Shown: positions 20,285 to 31,615 of the stretch, one piece after another
Layout: each line of letters begins with the position of its first letter
Position numbering within the stretch: position 1 is the stretch's first letter
IMG/VR virus record: IMGVR_UViG_3300021387_001774
Span: 32,001-96,000 of that record
Length of the DNA: 64,000 nucleotides
Direction: 5' to 3' (one strand)
From: a virus
Taxonomy: Duplodnaviria > Caudoviricetes
Translations under genes and position numbers: made by a program
Notes under the pieces: model-generated
Told to the model about the DNA's origin: nothing
Database searches by the model: none
The model's input: only the letters and a program-made list of their open reading frames with translations

Positions 20285-21469
20285 TTAATGAAAATAATCT
20301 CCCTCTGGAGGACATTCAGTTTCTTCTATATATGATAAAGATTCTATATTAGAAGAATCTGATAATAAATCTGATATCTCAGATTCGACTTTAGATCCAT
20401 TATCAATACCCATATGTTTCTTTAGTACAGGTTGATTATCTGGATTCCAATCTTTAAAGTATGCATTAACTTTATCTCCATAATACAATGGTGTAAAAGT
20501 CAATCGTACTGGTCCTAAATCTTTTTCTAGACTATTTGCATACTCTTTAATTATGGTTAATGTATTATTTATATCATACTGTAGTTTATCCTGAAATTGA
20601 TATTTCATGAAAGGTGTGTATGATTTCTTATTTCTTATTACATTTACTCCCATATTTGTATCATAAATATATGTATAACCATGTTGCATAGACATAAAAT
20701 CATGATATAAAGTATATTTTGATAATTCTGTAGAATCAAACATATTCACATTATAATCACTAATTCTTATTGAATCTCTTAATGAATAAATCTTTGATTT
20801 CATCATAGGCTCTAATGTATCCATTTCTTTTATTTCCATAATAGAAACAGATGTTACTTCATCAAATAATTCTTCTCCAATATGTGTAACTACTACATCA
20901 ATAGAATTCAAACAATATAAATCAGCTTCATTTAATTCTTCTTGTTGCATAGTATAATACTTTGGATCTGGTATGCTTGGTGCACTTTCACTCATATGAA
21001 AACTTATTATTTCTTTCTTATCATTTTTATCTCTTATATCTTTAGAATACATATTCGTTCCTGGAAAGAATGCTTTTTTCATATCATAATCGTTTACTGT
21101 GCTTGAAATCATAGATTCATTTAATATAAACTTTGCTGTTCTATAATTCATGATGGATCCATAACAAATCACATCATGAATATATAGTCCAATTTCCATA
21201 TGTGTTGTATTATCACTACCTCTAAACCATGGTACGACATCTATATTGTTTTTACCACCTTTAGAAATAGATAAATTAATTTGAATAGCTTTTCCATAAT
21301 AAGTTTTTGTAGGATCTTCTCTTTTTAACTTAAAATTTTCTATGTCTTCATTTGTGAAAAACATATAGAAAAATCTATGAGCATCTAATATATTTGCTTC
21401 TTTGAAATCGGTAGGTTTTTCATTTATCCATTCTTTATCAAAATTCCAAGTCTTATTAGTTATATTCAT
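20285..21469 (-). CDS. Hypothetical protein
   Basis: GAGGT RBS; partial early promoter at 21492-21505. Confidence 0.7.
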   Translation of the reverse strand: MNITNKTWNFDKEWINEKPTDFKEANILDAHRFFYMFFTNEDIENFKLKREDPTKTYYGKAIQINLSISKGGKNNIDVVPWFRGSDNTTHMEIGLYIHDVICYGSIMNYRTAKFILNESMISSTVNDYDMKKAFFPGTNMYSKDIRDKNDKKEIISFHMSESAPSIPDPKYYTMQQEELNEADLYCLNSIDVVVTHIGEELFDEVTSVSIMEIKEMDTLEPMMKSKIYSLRDSIRISDYNVNMFDSTELSKYTLYHDFMSMQHGYTYIYDTNMGVNVIRNKKSYTPFMKYQFQDKLQYDINNTLTIIKEYANSLEKDLGPVRLTFTPLYYGDKVNAYFKDWNPDNQPVLKKHMGIDNGSKVESEISDLLSDSSNIESLSYIEETECPPEGDYFH

Positions 21470-21502
21470 AAACTTACCTCACTTCAAGCCAATAATATAT
21501 AA

Positions 21503-22615
21503 TTAAAAATATGGATATGTTAAATTATCCAATTTAAGATTATTAGATAATTCCAATACATTACTATCGGTTGTAAAGATACCATTTGTAGGGTGTCTAT
21601 CAACTATTTTTACACTTACATTAGCATAATTAAATATCAATGATATAGTACAATCGTATGCATCAAGATCTTCTCTTAACTGATCTTCATTAATTAATTT
21701 AAGATCCCCAACGAGGAACATATAATTCATTTGTTTTTCCACATTTGACATATCCATGTAAGATTTTACATTAGTAACATTAAAACCTTTCGACCCAGCA
21801 TAAATAATTTCACAGGATGAGAATCCATACTTTTCTATATAATATTTAGTATTTGCACTTACATCCATGATAAGTTCATTAAAAGTTGAATCTCCAAGAG
21901 TTATTCTTGAACTAAGATTATCAACAGTAATATTTAATTTATAGACCTTTGTACGTGGATCTATTAAATCGTTCAAAGTAGTTTTATATAATTTTTCATA
22001 ATATTTCTGTTCAGGCATGGTATATACAGCTTCTTTACAATTCATAACATCATCATAATATGAATCTTCTATATTGCCTAATAATACCATATCTTTTTCT
22101 TCATAAAACTGAGGACTTGGTATAAGAATCTGTTTTCCACATTCTTTTCTAAATACTTCACCTTCAGATTTTGTTTCATAAGAAACATTTACTTCTGTAA
22201 GAGCATCATAATGACGTCCATTCTTTTTACCACATTCTATAGCATCTGGACAATCTTCCATAATTCCCCAATCTACATCAGTAAATATTAATGGAGTATC
22301 TCCTTGAATTTCATTTATGCTACATTTAGCCATTCCATAATGTATAAATACATTTCTCGTTCTTGTATCTCTAAGACCATAATAAGTTCCATATACTTCA
22401 GAATTATTTATAACCATAACTCTTGTATATTTTGAACCATACGGTATAAACTCTGTTCCACCTGGAAATAATCCAAAGAACAGATCTAAAACGTTTGGAA
22501 TAGTATGTGATTTAATTTCTGATAGGATAATAAATCTGTTAGCTTTTGCAAATCCTGGTAGATCTGATACAGTTCTACCTATAGAATTTCTTTTTGTACC
22601 AAAATCTAATCTCAT
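21503..22615 (-). CDS. Hypothetical protein
   Basis: AAGGAG RBS; early-like promoter at 22652-22671. Confidence 0.7.
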   Translation of the reverse strand: MRLDFGTKRNSIGRTVSDLPGFAKANRFIILSEIKSHTIPNVLDLFFGLFPGGTEFIPYGSKYTRVMVINNSEVYGTYYGLRDTRTRNVFIHYGMAKCSINEIQGDTPLIFTDVDWGIMEDCPDAIECGKKNGRHYDALTEVNVSYETKSEGEVFRKECGKQILIPSPQFYEEKDMVLLGNIEDSYYDDVMNCKEAVYTMPEQKYYEKLYKTTLNDLIDPRTKVYKLNITVDNLSSRITLGDSTFNELIMDVSANTKYYIEKYGFSSCEIIYAGSKGFNVTNVKSYMDMSNVEKQMNYMFLVGDLKLINEDQLREDLDAYDCTISLIFNYANVSVKIVDRHPTNGIFTTDSNVLELSNNLKLDNLTYPYF

Positions 22616-22685
22616 ATTTAACTCCTTATATATAATAGTAGTCAGTTTAGCATTAGTAAAATATATAATTGAAAGTAAATTTAAA

Positions 22686-22716
22686 ATATTCTGGGGATTT
22701 ATTCCCCAGAATATTA
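22686..22716. terminator. Terminator
   Basis: aatattctgggga-tttat-tccccagaatatt. Confidence 0.75.
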
Positions 22717-22723
22717 TTAGAAA

Positions 22724-25700
22724 TTACATATCATCGAATGGATAATATGGTAAATAAGATACATGTTTATTTAGTTTCTTTAGATACCACGAATTAGAAA
22801 GTCTGATAGAGTTGATCTTTTCTTCTTCGGCTGTCTCTATAGGAGAACCAAAGATAACTAACTCTATTTCAAATTGCTCATCATCGAATATTGAACCGCC
22901 ATTTTCTGTCGGTTTCAATGGATCTGAAGAACTCATGTATAAATCATTCATTATGTCGTCTCTACGTTTAAATAAATGATTATTCTTATTGTTTTCCCAA
23001 TGTGTAACATAATACTTCTTATAGAATTCCACAAGTGTCATTCTTCTAGAATGTAATAAGTCTACATCTGATTCATATTCGTTGTTATTATCGATGAATG
23101 TTTCTTTAAAATCACTCGTTTCGTTATACAAACCGAATATTTTTCTAATATACTTATCTCTAAGAGTATTAGTTTCATCGGTTAATTCATTATTCCATTT
23201 CTTACTATTTCTACCAATAAACGTATAAAGATATCCAATATGTTTAATAGTATTATCTTCTTCAACCTCTTTTTTCACTTCCTTGATGTTAAATCCATTA
23301 AGGATAAGCCTATCTTTACAGTTGTAGATATAAATACCATTATACTTCATAATACCTGTAATAATACCATTTACATTAGATACAGTTTTAATTAATGATG
23401 GTTCCATTTGAAGACCATATCCTTTATCCGTAATATCAAACTTAATAAATCTCAATACTGTGTTTAAACGTGTACGTTCAGTATAATCATTAACTATAAC
23501 TTCATAAGGTCCATTTGTCGATTTAAGTATATGAATTTTTCTAATATCCAAAGATGTATTATCTAATGTAATATAATTAGTAGCCATTATGTTGTTTTGT
23601 ACTGTTTGGATACCTGTTGAGCTATCGGTTTCCTCATGTCTATGTACAAAGCGTATGAAATAAAGATAAGTTTTAACTGTACCATCAGTATCAGCCTGAT
23701 TGCCAATCTTATAACACATATTTGCTTCATCGAAAATACAATGAATAGCAAACTGATAAATAGATCCATCTTCGGTTGTATAAGTTCTTTGTATAATCTT
23801 ATTGAAGTTAACTTTAGAACAATCAGCTCTATTATCACCTGTGTTATTTAGTCTTATATCAACCTTCCACTCTTTTGTATTTGTATCATATTTAAGACCA
23901 TAAGTTTTATTATCTTCAGCAGTTACAGTCATATAGAACAATGGAGCTTCACCGTTAAATTCGATGAAGTCATCAAGTTTTGTTATAATATGATTGTTTA
24001 CTGATGTAGGTGTAGTAATTTTTTCTTTTCTAGTAATATTATACATTGAATTATCATGTGTAAGTATAAGAACACCTAATGAAGTCTCCCTAATCACTGT
24101 CATATAATCAGTAAGTTCATAATGAAGTTCCATTACTTTTGTTTCTTTATTATACTTATACACATTATGTACTCCATCGACAGTAGCGAAGTAATACATA
24201 TCATTATTCTCAGTAACAAAGAGTTTAGTATAATATTTATCAATTATTTCATCTTCATCTATTCTATTTATTGTGTTAATATTTACACGCTCTGTATCAG
24301 TAAAATCGAGAATCTTATCAAATGTATAAGTTGTTTTATTAAACCTATAAACATACTTGTAACAAAGATATACTTCTCCATCAACTTCTTGAATAATAGG
24401 TTTAATGTTTTGATTACCTGACCATTCAGGAAGAGCTACAATATATTTAAAATCGTTATTGTTTGAATAGATTTCATTGAGACAAATCTCAAGACCTCTA
24501 ATACCAAATAGACCAAGAGATGTATTATATAATCTATCAAAATTAACATTTTTGTATTTTAGTTCATTATTTTGACCATATACTATATATTTCTTATCGT
24601 AAATAGGTTTAAGATTATCTGTTCTAGCCTTGGCAAACGTATAATACAATTCATCATCATTTGAAACTATTGGTAACTGATTACTCATTAAAACTGATTC
24701 ACCATTATCATCAATTGATGCTTGCTGTAATGTGTAAATATTCTTTTCATTATCGTATAAACTGTATGGATCAATAGATATTTCAGAAAAATCGTATATT
24801 CTTGAATGTTCTTTAGTCTTATTTATAAATACAAACTCTTCTTTATTTATTCCAGGATATGTTTCATCGTTAATACAAATTGACTCAACATTATCGTGTA
24901 TAGTCAATTCTGTTGGATCTGCAAAATAAGTTAACTCTTTTGTCTTTAAATCATAGATCACGTTACGTGAATAGTTAATAAACTTATCGCCAAGAAGAGT
25001 AAAGTTTGCATCATAAAGTAAGTATTGTAAATCTACATCATCAAATGGTTCAAGAGCATCGTCATATAGTCTATAAATACTATATTTTGTACCAAAGCAG
25101 AAGATTAACAATTCAATTCTTCCATCATCACGAGTATGTTTGAAAGCATTGACAATCATTGCTCCACCTACATCTATACTAAGTGGATCACCAAATGCTT
25201 TAGTATCATTTATTCCGTGTTTATAAACATACATTGTACCATTAACTGAAGTATCAAGAGAAACACCATAGATGTTACCGTTTTCGAATTCAGTAATATA
25301 ATGATAATCTTTTCTACTAGATACATCTGTTTCTGACCATTTTAATGTTTCACCATCGATAATATATGTATTGAATATATTCTTTTGAGTATCTCTTAAG
25401 GTTACGAATACATATTTAGAAGTTTCGTTTACTTCAATAAGTGGTTCATCATTACCTTCGTCAATGATATAATCAAAGTATTCTTCTTCAACATATTTAA
25501 GATCATCAGAAATACGTTCAATAGAAAGAACGCGTTTACCTGTTGAATAGGCTCTAGTTTCTATACCAAGTTTGAAGAACTTAGTAGTGATAACTTTATC
25601 ATATGTAATAGGAAGAAGATGATTAATGATATCATTTCTATACATATCTTGCATAAATAATGAAATATCTTCATAACTATAAGCTAACTCATGCTCATTA

Positions 25701-28700
25701 TAAGGATTATTACCTACATTATTGTCATATATCATACGTTTTGTATAATATACTGTATCTGGAGCCCAAGCTTCAAATGGATCAGTAGCTACTTTACTAT
25801 ATACTCCATCTGCTTCAGTATAGTATTCTACACCACTTCTAGGAGCAAGTTCAGAAGTCTGATCTACTATTTCGTAAACTTCTCTACCTGTACTAGCAGG
25901 AATCTTTATAAATAACTTATCATCCATAAATCTAAAGTTAGATTTATCAAAATTGAAAACATATTTTTCAGTATTTAACTCATAATAAAACAAATCTGTA
26001 TTTGACTTAAATAAATATGGATTAATAGATGCTGTATCAGGATCAACATTTTCTACGAAATCATCAGATGTACATTCTGTAAATTGTGGATTTACACAAG
26101 TAAACAGTAATACACCTTCAGGGTTATCTTTATTGACCCAATCAGGATTAAAGTTATTCTCGGGTTTGATATAATCTTCAGGTGTTAGAAGCTGATATAT
26201 AGCATCATCAATATAATAATCGGCTAATTTATCAAACTCTGTAATATCATACTGTTCATCAAAGTTTCCATTAAGATTCATCTTGTAATACTTGAATCCT
26301 CTAATTGGTTCTTTTACAACAGTCTTATCGATCTTTATTTTTGTATTATTACGTTTTACAGTACGTTTGAAAAGTTTAACCATATTAATATTTGATCCTG
26401 GTGGATAACTTTGTGCTCCAGAAGAATACAAATTAAATATAGTTTTACTTGGATCAAGTTTGTAGTAAGTTTTAATTATGTTACCACTAATAGTCATTGG
26501 ATATTCATCTTTTGTAACACTTGGTGTAGCAATCATATCGCTTAAAGTGTTATTTACACCAACTTTATACATGATGTTTGGAACAACGTTCTGCTCTACA
26601 GTTGTTAAATAAAGATCATTGTGACCTTCTACAGTATGTTCGGCTAGAGAATAAGATTTATATTCAACTTCTTCTTTTTCACCAATTTGTGTTACAATCT
26701 TATGAGGTTTAGAAACCAGATAAGGTCTATTAGTATTATTAGTTTCTTTTAGTGTAGTTATAGTATCATCCTGTACGAAATATCTTGCATAAACATCGTG
26801 TGAACTTATATTCAAGAATTTTTGATACTTATCATAATATAATTCGAGATAACCATTTTTAATGTCTGGTATAATTGTTTCAATACTATCATTTGTAACA
26901 TCCAATTTGAATAATGCTGGATAATATGGTCGCATTTGTACATAAGCAAGAACATCTTCAATAAATTCATAACCACCATAAATATCATAGTGATCATTGT
27001 TCTTCACTTCTACGAGTCGCATTATTCCTTCGCCAGATACACTATAATCTAGCTGATGTATAGATGGAATAAATTTATCAGAAACTGGATCATATTTACA
27101 AATGTATGGATGTTTATTGTTATTAACTACAGCTAAAATACATTCATGGAAATCATAGAATTCAACATTAGAATCTAATATTCCATCCAATGGACCATGC
27201 AATGGTAAAATAGAACCATTAGAATCCATTGTCAAATGCTTTTCACCACGAATAACATATTTTAGATGATAAATATCGTCGACTTCATGGTTCAAACCAA
27301 TGATATGATAATTGTTTCCAATCTTAATTACATTAATTATTTTAATTGTACTAACATCGGAAACAACATCTTCAAATATTGTAGTTAATGAATCATACTG
27401 TACAAATTGTTGACTAACACTATCATATCTATAAATATTTTGATTACCGTTAACAGAAATCCAAGCGAGTACTTCACCATCTTTAGTCTTAGTTATATTA
27501 GTGAGATTTTCGCTATCAACTTGACAGATAGAAACTTTATTATTATCTGTGAATGGTGTCGTATAAGTACCATCGTCGTCTCTAGCAAAAGTTTTATAAA
27601 CGTATTGTCCATTTGTAATAAATGATGTACCACGTTTATCATCAAGACAAATTATCTTGAATAAATTTTGAGTTGTAAAATCACAATTTACGAGTTCCAA
27701 CCATTTAAACTTAGTATCAACATTATCATTTGGAATTTCTTCGGTTAAAGCTGAATTACTTATCCATACAACGTCGTAGCTACTGTCTACTCCAGGTACA
27801 TTATGAAGTTTACAACAAGCGTATCTACCATATTTAGTATCTATAATACGCTCAACTTGTGGTTTATTTGGTGTATAAGTTCCATATTCTATATGCTTAA
27901 AAGGCTCAAACTCACTATTATTTGATTCATAAGTTACTGGACCTTTTATATAAACCATATCGTTTCTGAATTTTTCATATTCTTTTCTAACGATTTCGTG
28001 TATGGTATCTACAGCATCTTTGTAAGTAAATGTATCGTCAGCTTTATGAATAATCTTAAGCTTCTTGATAGCATTTATATCAGAAATTCTGCTCTCTGAT
28101 TTATCTAAAGAAAGTATATTATCATACTTTACAAATCCGTATTTGTTTGGAGAAATACAATACTTTTGAGAATTATAATCTGGATTTTGTATCACAGAAT
28201 AAGTAGATACTTCGTCATACGAAATATTATTATCTTCGATAGTATTATACAATACAGAAAGATGATCAACGAATGAAATATACAAAATACTATGGAAATC
28301 AATTACTGGTAATTCTTCATCGTATTTCTCAACATTTTCGTCATACAACTGATAATCACTAGTAAAAAGATCAAGATATTCATATCTCAATTTGTTTCCA
28401 CTGTATTCTTTCAATACATAATCATTTTTATAAATACTGTATTTTTGAATAGCTGCTGTTTTATCATCTATAGAAATAAGAATTCCACTTCTTCCATATT
28501 TATCAAAAGATGGAAGATATTTCAATACTTCACTATTGTTATCAAAGAATAGTCTACAAGTTATATTCTTACTTTCATCTACAGTATAAAGACCTTCTTT
28601 ATCTATAATAATTACTCCATTTGGAGTATCTACAACATCTTTAACATTCTGAAGATAAGCATTGTCAATAAGATAATATTCGTCCTGATTTGTTTCAGGT

Positions 28701-30613
28701 TTCATATAAAGAATAGAATTCTTATCAGACCATCCTTTATTTTCTACTTCTTCAAATGTTATAGCTTTAGTAATCCTTTGTTCATCAAATACAAAAAGTT
28801 CGTTATTTTCAAGAATCAAGAAATTAAACAATCTTGTTTTAATCATCTTCTTAATCTTATTTCTAAGATCAGAAGTATTATTATTTAGCTTATTGAATAC
28901 AGTCAATAAACTATTCTCAGTAAACAAATAACTGATTCCTGATATAACTAATTTGCTAGCATTAATAATGAATGAATGACTGGAAGATTCACCTATATAG
29001 TTAGCTCCAATATACAAGCCTGTAACATCAGAGAAACCGAATAATTCTGAATCTACTGGATTAATAGTATTGATTTTTTCTACAGGGAAATCTTCAAATT
29101 CATGTTCTGGGGACATGCTAAGATTAGTAGAATAAAGATTTGTTTCTTTATCCTTTTCTTTAATTCTATAACAAAGTTTATCTTTTTCAGTATAAATAAG
29201 AACAAGATCTGTATCATTATACTCCAAAACCATGCTCTTCTGACCAAATGTAGCATCAGAATTAGTTAAAGAATAAATCTGTTGATCAAGAATTGTATTA
29301 GAATTAGTATCAAAATAATGATAACTATTTCCAATCTTAGCAAGAATTTCATCTGATGAAAGACGAATAAAATCATCAACAGGTCTACCTAAATCATAAA
29401 GGTTATTAACATTATTAATACCTACAAAACAAGTATCATAATCATTATCTTTAAGACGAATGAATGTAAAATAGCCAATATCTTTTACCCAGAATTCTTT
29501 AATAGTTGAACCAGAATTATGTTTAATATTATCTTGAGAAGCAAGTACACGATTATCGAAAGTATTTCCATCAGATAAGATAGAAATTTCATTACGTATT
29601 TTATCGACGATAAAGGTACAAGCAAGATTATTAGAATGATAAGCATCTTCTATATTATGTGAACCTACTGCATCTGTAGCTCCATAAGTATAATCCATCT
29701 TTTTAAAATTAGTATCTAATGTACCATCGTCATTGTTTATAAAAGTCTTTCTAGCAACGTAACGATAAGGAACTATTTTACCAATATGAACTTTCAATCC
29801 ATTCTCGTTATTTGTATTATCAAATGTAAAGTAAAGATCAAATTGTGGTCCATTATCAAAAATATAAGAAACATCTCCTGTTTCTTTATATGAATGTACA
29901 TCAATAAGTTTTTTATCAATAATGTTACCAGTATTATCAGAATTATTAATGATAGCTTTGATAATAAATTCATCTGGATGATTAATTGGATCATGTCTTA
30001 TAAGGAAGAAACGACCAGATATAATTCTAGTAACAGTTACTGTTGGTTCTCTAGAAATATTCTTATCAGCATCAAACATAATTATGTCTGGATACTGTTT
30101 ATAAGTGAATGAGAACTCAATAATTTTAAGATATTCTTTTAGTGAAGTATTGAATGAGAATGTTAACATATTAGCATTAGGATCAATTACTTTTGAACCA
30201 CGTAATGCTAAGTTAGGCGTATCATTATTCAATTCAATAGATTTATTAATAAAATCGTAAGTAGTATACTTTGTATCAGCTCTTGTACCCTTTATAGCCA
30301 TAACTGATGGATGAGAATGTGTATTCTTTATATCATCAGGTACAAGATTTTCTTGAGCTACATCTACTCTATCAATTTGTGTATGTACACCCTGTACGTA
30401 GGCATCAACACCATATTCTCCAACGATTTTATCATTTACAAAATTAAGTTTACTATTAATTTCTTTTACTATATCATCAAGCTGTTTGTTGATATTTTCA
30501 AGAGATAATGAAACTTCATCATTGGAATAAATTCGTTTAGCTTTATTTTTTACTTCTTCTTCATACGCTTTTGTTACGTACATAAGGTTTGAAGAATCGG
30601 GAGATCCAGCCAT
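22724..30613 (-). CDS. Giant (2629 aa) beta-rich virion protein, putative tail fibre/baseplate
   Basis: Late-type promoter at 30653-30664, AAGGAG RBS, propeller-like repeats and GVEYY-type repeats shared with 50696..57916. Confidence 0.55.
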   Translation of the reverse strand: MAGSPDSSNLMYVTKAYEEEVKNKAKRIYSNDEVSLSLENINKQLDDIVKEINSKLNFVNDKIVGEYGVDAYVQGVHTQIDRVDVAQENLVPDDIKNTHSHPSVMAIKGTRADTKYTTYDFINKSIELNNDTPNLALRGSKVIDPNANMLTFSFNTSLKEYLKIIEFSFTYKQYPDIIMFDADKNISREPTVTVTRIISGRFFLIRHDPINHPDEFIIKAIINNSDNTGNIIDKKLIDVHSYKETGDVSYIFDNGPQFDLYFTFDNTNNENGLKVHIGKIVPYRYVARKTFINNDDGTLDTNFKKMDYTYGATDAVGSHNIEDAYHSNNLACTFIVDKIRNEISILSDGNTFDNRVLASQDNIKHNSGSTIKEFWVKDIGYFTFIRLKDNDYDTCFVGINNVNNLYDLGRPVDDFIRLSSDEILAKIGNSYHYFDTNSNTILDQQIYSLTNSDATFGQKSMVLEYNDTDLVLIYTEKDKLCYRIKEKDKETNLYSTNLSMSPEHEFEDFPVEKINTINPVDSELFGFSDVTGLYIGANYIGESSSHSFIINASKLVISGISYLFTENSLLTVFNKLNNNTSDLRNKIKKMIKTRLFNFLILENNELFVFDEQRITKAITFEEVENKGWSDKNSILYMKPETNQDEYYLIDNAYLQNVKDVVDTPNGVIIIDKEGLYTVDESKNITCRLFFDNNSEVLKYLPSFDKYGRSGILISIDDKTAAIQKYSIYKNDYVLKEYSGNKLRYEYLDLFTSDYQLYDENVEKYDEELPVIDFHSILYISFVDHLSVLYNTIEDNNISYDEVSTYSVIQNPDYNSQKYCISPNKYGFVKYDNILSLDKSESRISDINAIKKLKIIHKADDTFTYKDAVDTIHEIVRKEYEKFRNDMVYIKGPVTYESNNSEFEPFKHIEYGTYTPNKPQVERIIDTKYGRYACCKLHNVPGVDSSYDVVWISNSALTEEIPNDNVDTKFKWLELVNCDFTTQNLFKIICLDDKRGTSFITNGQYVYKTFARDDDGTYTTPFTDNNKVSICQVDSENLTNITKTKDGEVLAWISVNGNQNIYRYDSVSQQFVQYDSLTTIFEDVVSDVSTIKIINVIKIGNNYHIIGLNHEVDDIYHLKYVIRGEKHLTMDSNGSILPLHGPLDGILDSNVEFYDFHECILAVVNNNKHPYICKYDPVSDKFIPSIHQLDYSVSGEGIMRLVEVKNNDHYDIYGGYEFIEDVLAYVQMRPYYPALFKLDVTNDSIETIIPDIKNGYLELYYDKYQKFLNISSHDVYARYFVQDDTITTLKETNNTNRPYLVSKPHKIVTQIGEKEEVEYKSYSLAEHTVEGHNDLYLTTVEQNVVPNIMYKVGVNNTLSDMIATPSVTKDEYPMTISGNIIKTYYKLDPSKTIFNLYSSGAQSYPPGSNINMVKLFKRTVKRNNTKIKIDKTVVKEPIRGFKYYKMNLNGNFDEQYDITEFDKLADYYIDDAIYQLLTPEDYIKPENNFNPDWVNKDNPEGVLLFTCVNPQFTECTSDDFVENVDPDTASINPYLFKSNTDLFYYELNTEKYVFNFDKSNFRFMDDKLFIKIPASTGREVYEIVDQTSELAPRSGVEYYTEADGVYSKVATDPFEAWAPDTVYYTKRMIYDNNVGNNPYNEHELAYSYEDISLFMQDMYRNDIINHLLPITYDKVITTKFFKLGIETRAYSTGKRVLSIERISDDLKYVEEEYFDYIIDEGNDEPLIEVNETSKYVFVTLRDTQKNIFNTYIIDGETLKWSETDVSSRKDYHYITEFENGNIYGVSLDTSVNGTMYVYKHGINDTKAFGDPLSIDVGGAMIVNAFKHTRDDGRIELLIFCFGTKYSIYRLYDDALEPFDDVDLQYLLYDANFTLLGDKFINYSRNVIYDLKTKELTYFADPTELTIHDNVESICINDETYPGINKEEFVFINKTKEHSRIYDFSEISIDPYSLYDNEKNIYTLQQASIDDNGESVLMSNQLPIVSNDDELYYTFAKARTDNLKPIYDKKYIVYGQNNELKYKNVNFDRLYNTSLGLFGIRGLEICLNEIYSNNNDFKYIVALPEWSGNQNIKPIIQEVDGEVYLCYKYVYRFNKTTYTFDKILDFTDTERVNINTINRIDEDEIIDKYYTKLFVTENNDMYYFATVDGVHNVYKYNKETKVMELHYELTDYMTVIRETSLGVLILTHDNSMYNITRKEKITTPTSVNNHIITKLDDFIEFNGEAPLFYMTVTAEDNKTYGLKYDTNTKEWKVDIRLNNTGDNRADCSKVNFNKIIQRTYTTEDGSIYQFAIHCIFDEANMCYKIGNQADTDGTVKTYLYFIRFVHRHEETDSSTGIQTVQNNIMATNYITLDNTSLDIRKIHILKSTNGPYEVIVNDYTERTRLNTVLRFIKFDITDKGYGLQMEPSLIKTVSNVNGIITGIMKYNGIYIYNCKDRLILNGFNIKEVKKEVEEDNTIKHIGYLYTFIGRNSKKWNNELTDETNTLRDKYIRKIFGLYNETSDFKETFIDNNNEYESDVDLLHSRRMTLVEFYKKYYVTHWENNKNNHLFKRRDDIMNDLYMSSSDPLKPTENGGSIFDDEQFEIELVIFGSPIETAEEEKINSIRLSNSWYLKKLNKHVSYLPYYPFDDM

Positions 30614-30691
30614 AATCTATACTCCTTTTGATTGAAATCAAGATATTTGGTATATAGAAATGTCGTTTTGATAATATAATAGCTACGTTTT

Positions 30692-30757
30692 TAATTATAT
30701 ATTATATTAATGGAGAGTTAGAAATAACTCTACTATTAACTATAAGGAAATATTTTT
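30692..30757 (+). promoter_or_regulatory. Early promoter plus leader, type 3
   Basis: First ~47 bp identical to the element at 16640-16706. Confidence 0.75.
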
Positions 30758-31255
30758 ATGATTATTAAAGACAAGAATGGTGAAGTTGTTGGATCTGTTG
30801 AGTTATCAAAAGATGAAATGGCTATAATAAATGAGCCAGGTTTTGAATCTTTTGCTAAAGCGTATATGGATGCGCTCGTAGCTATGGAAAATCGTAAAAA
30901 AGAAAGTGAAGAAATCATACATAAGAGAGATAAAGAAAGTGAAGAGATTAAGCACAGTAGAGATAAAGAAAGTGAAGAGATTAAACATAAGAGAGATAAA
31001 GAAAGTGAAGATTTAAAATTGAAACTCGAAAACGAATTGAATGAATCAAAATATAACCGAGACAAAACGTTTGAAGAAAATATCAGCATGAGAAAAATGA
31101 AAAGTGAAGATATTATACGAATTGTAGCGGCTATAGTCGATTCAGTTAAGTATGGTATTAATGAATTTACTGGATTGTATGAGAAATATCATCAGAAGCC
31201 ACAACAAGCTACCACCGATGTTTCAAGTTATAATCCAGATAAAGCAATGATCTAA
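30758..31255 (+). CDS. Early coiled-coil protein with 11-aa tandem repeat, paralog of 16277..16639
   Basis: KESEEIxHxRD repeated about 3.5 times. Confidence 0.7.
   Translation: MIIKDKNGEVVGSVELSKDEMAIINEPGFESFAKAYMDALVAMENRKKESEEIIHKRDKESEEIKHSRDKESEEIKHKRDKESEDLKLKLENELNESKYNRDKTFEENISMRKMKSEDIIRIVAAIVDSVKYGINEFTGLYEKYHQKPQQATTDVSSYNPDKAMI
30898..31011 (+). repeat. 33-bp in-frame tandem repeat (about 3.5 copies)
   Basis: aaagaaagtgaaga...agagat units. Confidence 0.8.
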
Positions 31256-31284
31256 GAGAAGAATGAATTCAAAAGGAGTAAATC

Positions 31285-31575
31285 ATGAATGGAATCATTG
31301 AATTGAAAGATGGATTTGTATGTATTGATAAAATATCACACATACAAGATTTAGAGTTTTTGGATGCATATGGAGTGGTTAGAAATCAGATAATTATCCA
31401 TATGGTTGGATGTCCTGAAATAGTTCTAGAGTTTCAAACTCTAGAGGAAAAAGCAAAAGAATTAGAAAAACTTAAAACTTCAATTTCTAATTATTATTGC
31501 TATCATGATATTGATCGTATAAATAACTTTTTAATCGATCTATCAAATTTCCTAAAAGGATCTCCAAGATTCTGA
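31285..31575 (+). CDS. Small hypothetical protein
   Basis: AAGGAG RBS; followed by a terminator at 31580-31615. Confidence 0.7.
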   Translation: MNGIIELKDGFVCIDKISHIQDLEFLDAYGVVRNQIIIHMVGCPEIVLEFQTLEEKAKELEKLKTSISNYYCYHDIDRINNFLIDLSNFLKGSPRF

Positions 31576-31615
31576 ATATATAAGGATCTCCACATTAGGA
31601 GATCCTTATTTTTTT

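Noticed and set aside
19327-22615. Chimallin, PhuZ tubulin or RNAP subunits among the unknown early/middle genes
   Set aside because: No recognisable motifs (no tubulin GGGTGSG, no DxDGD); cannot be supported without profile searches
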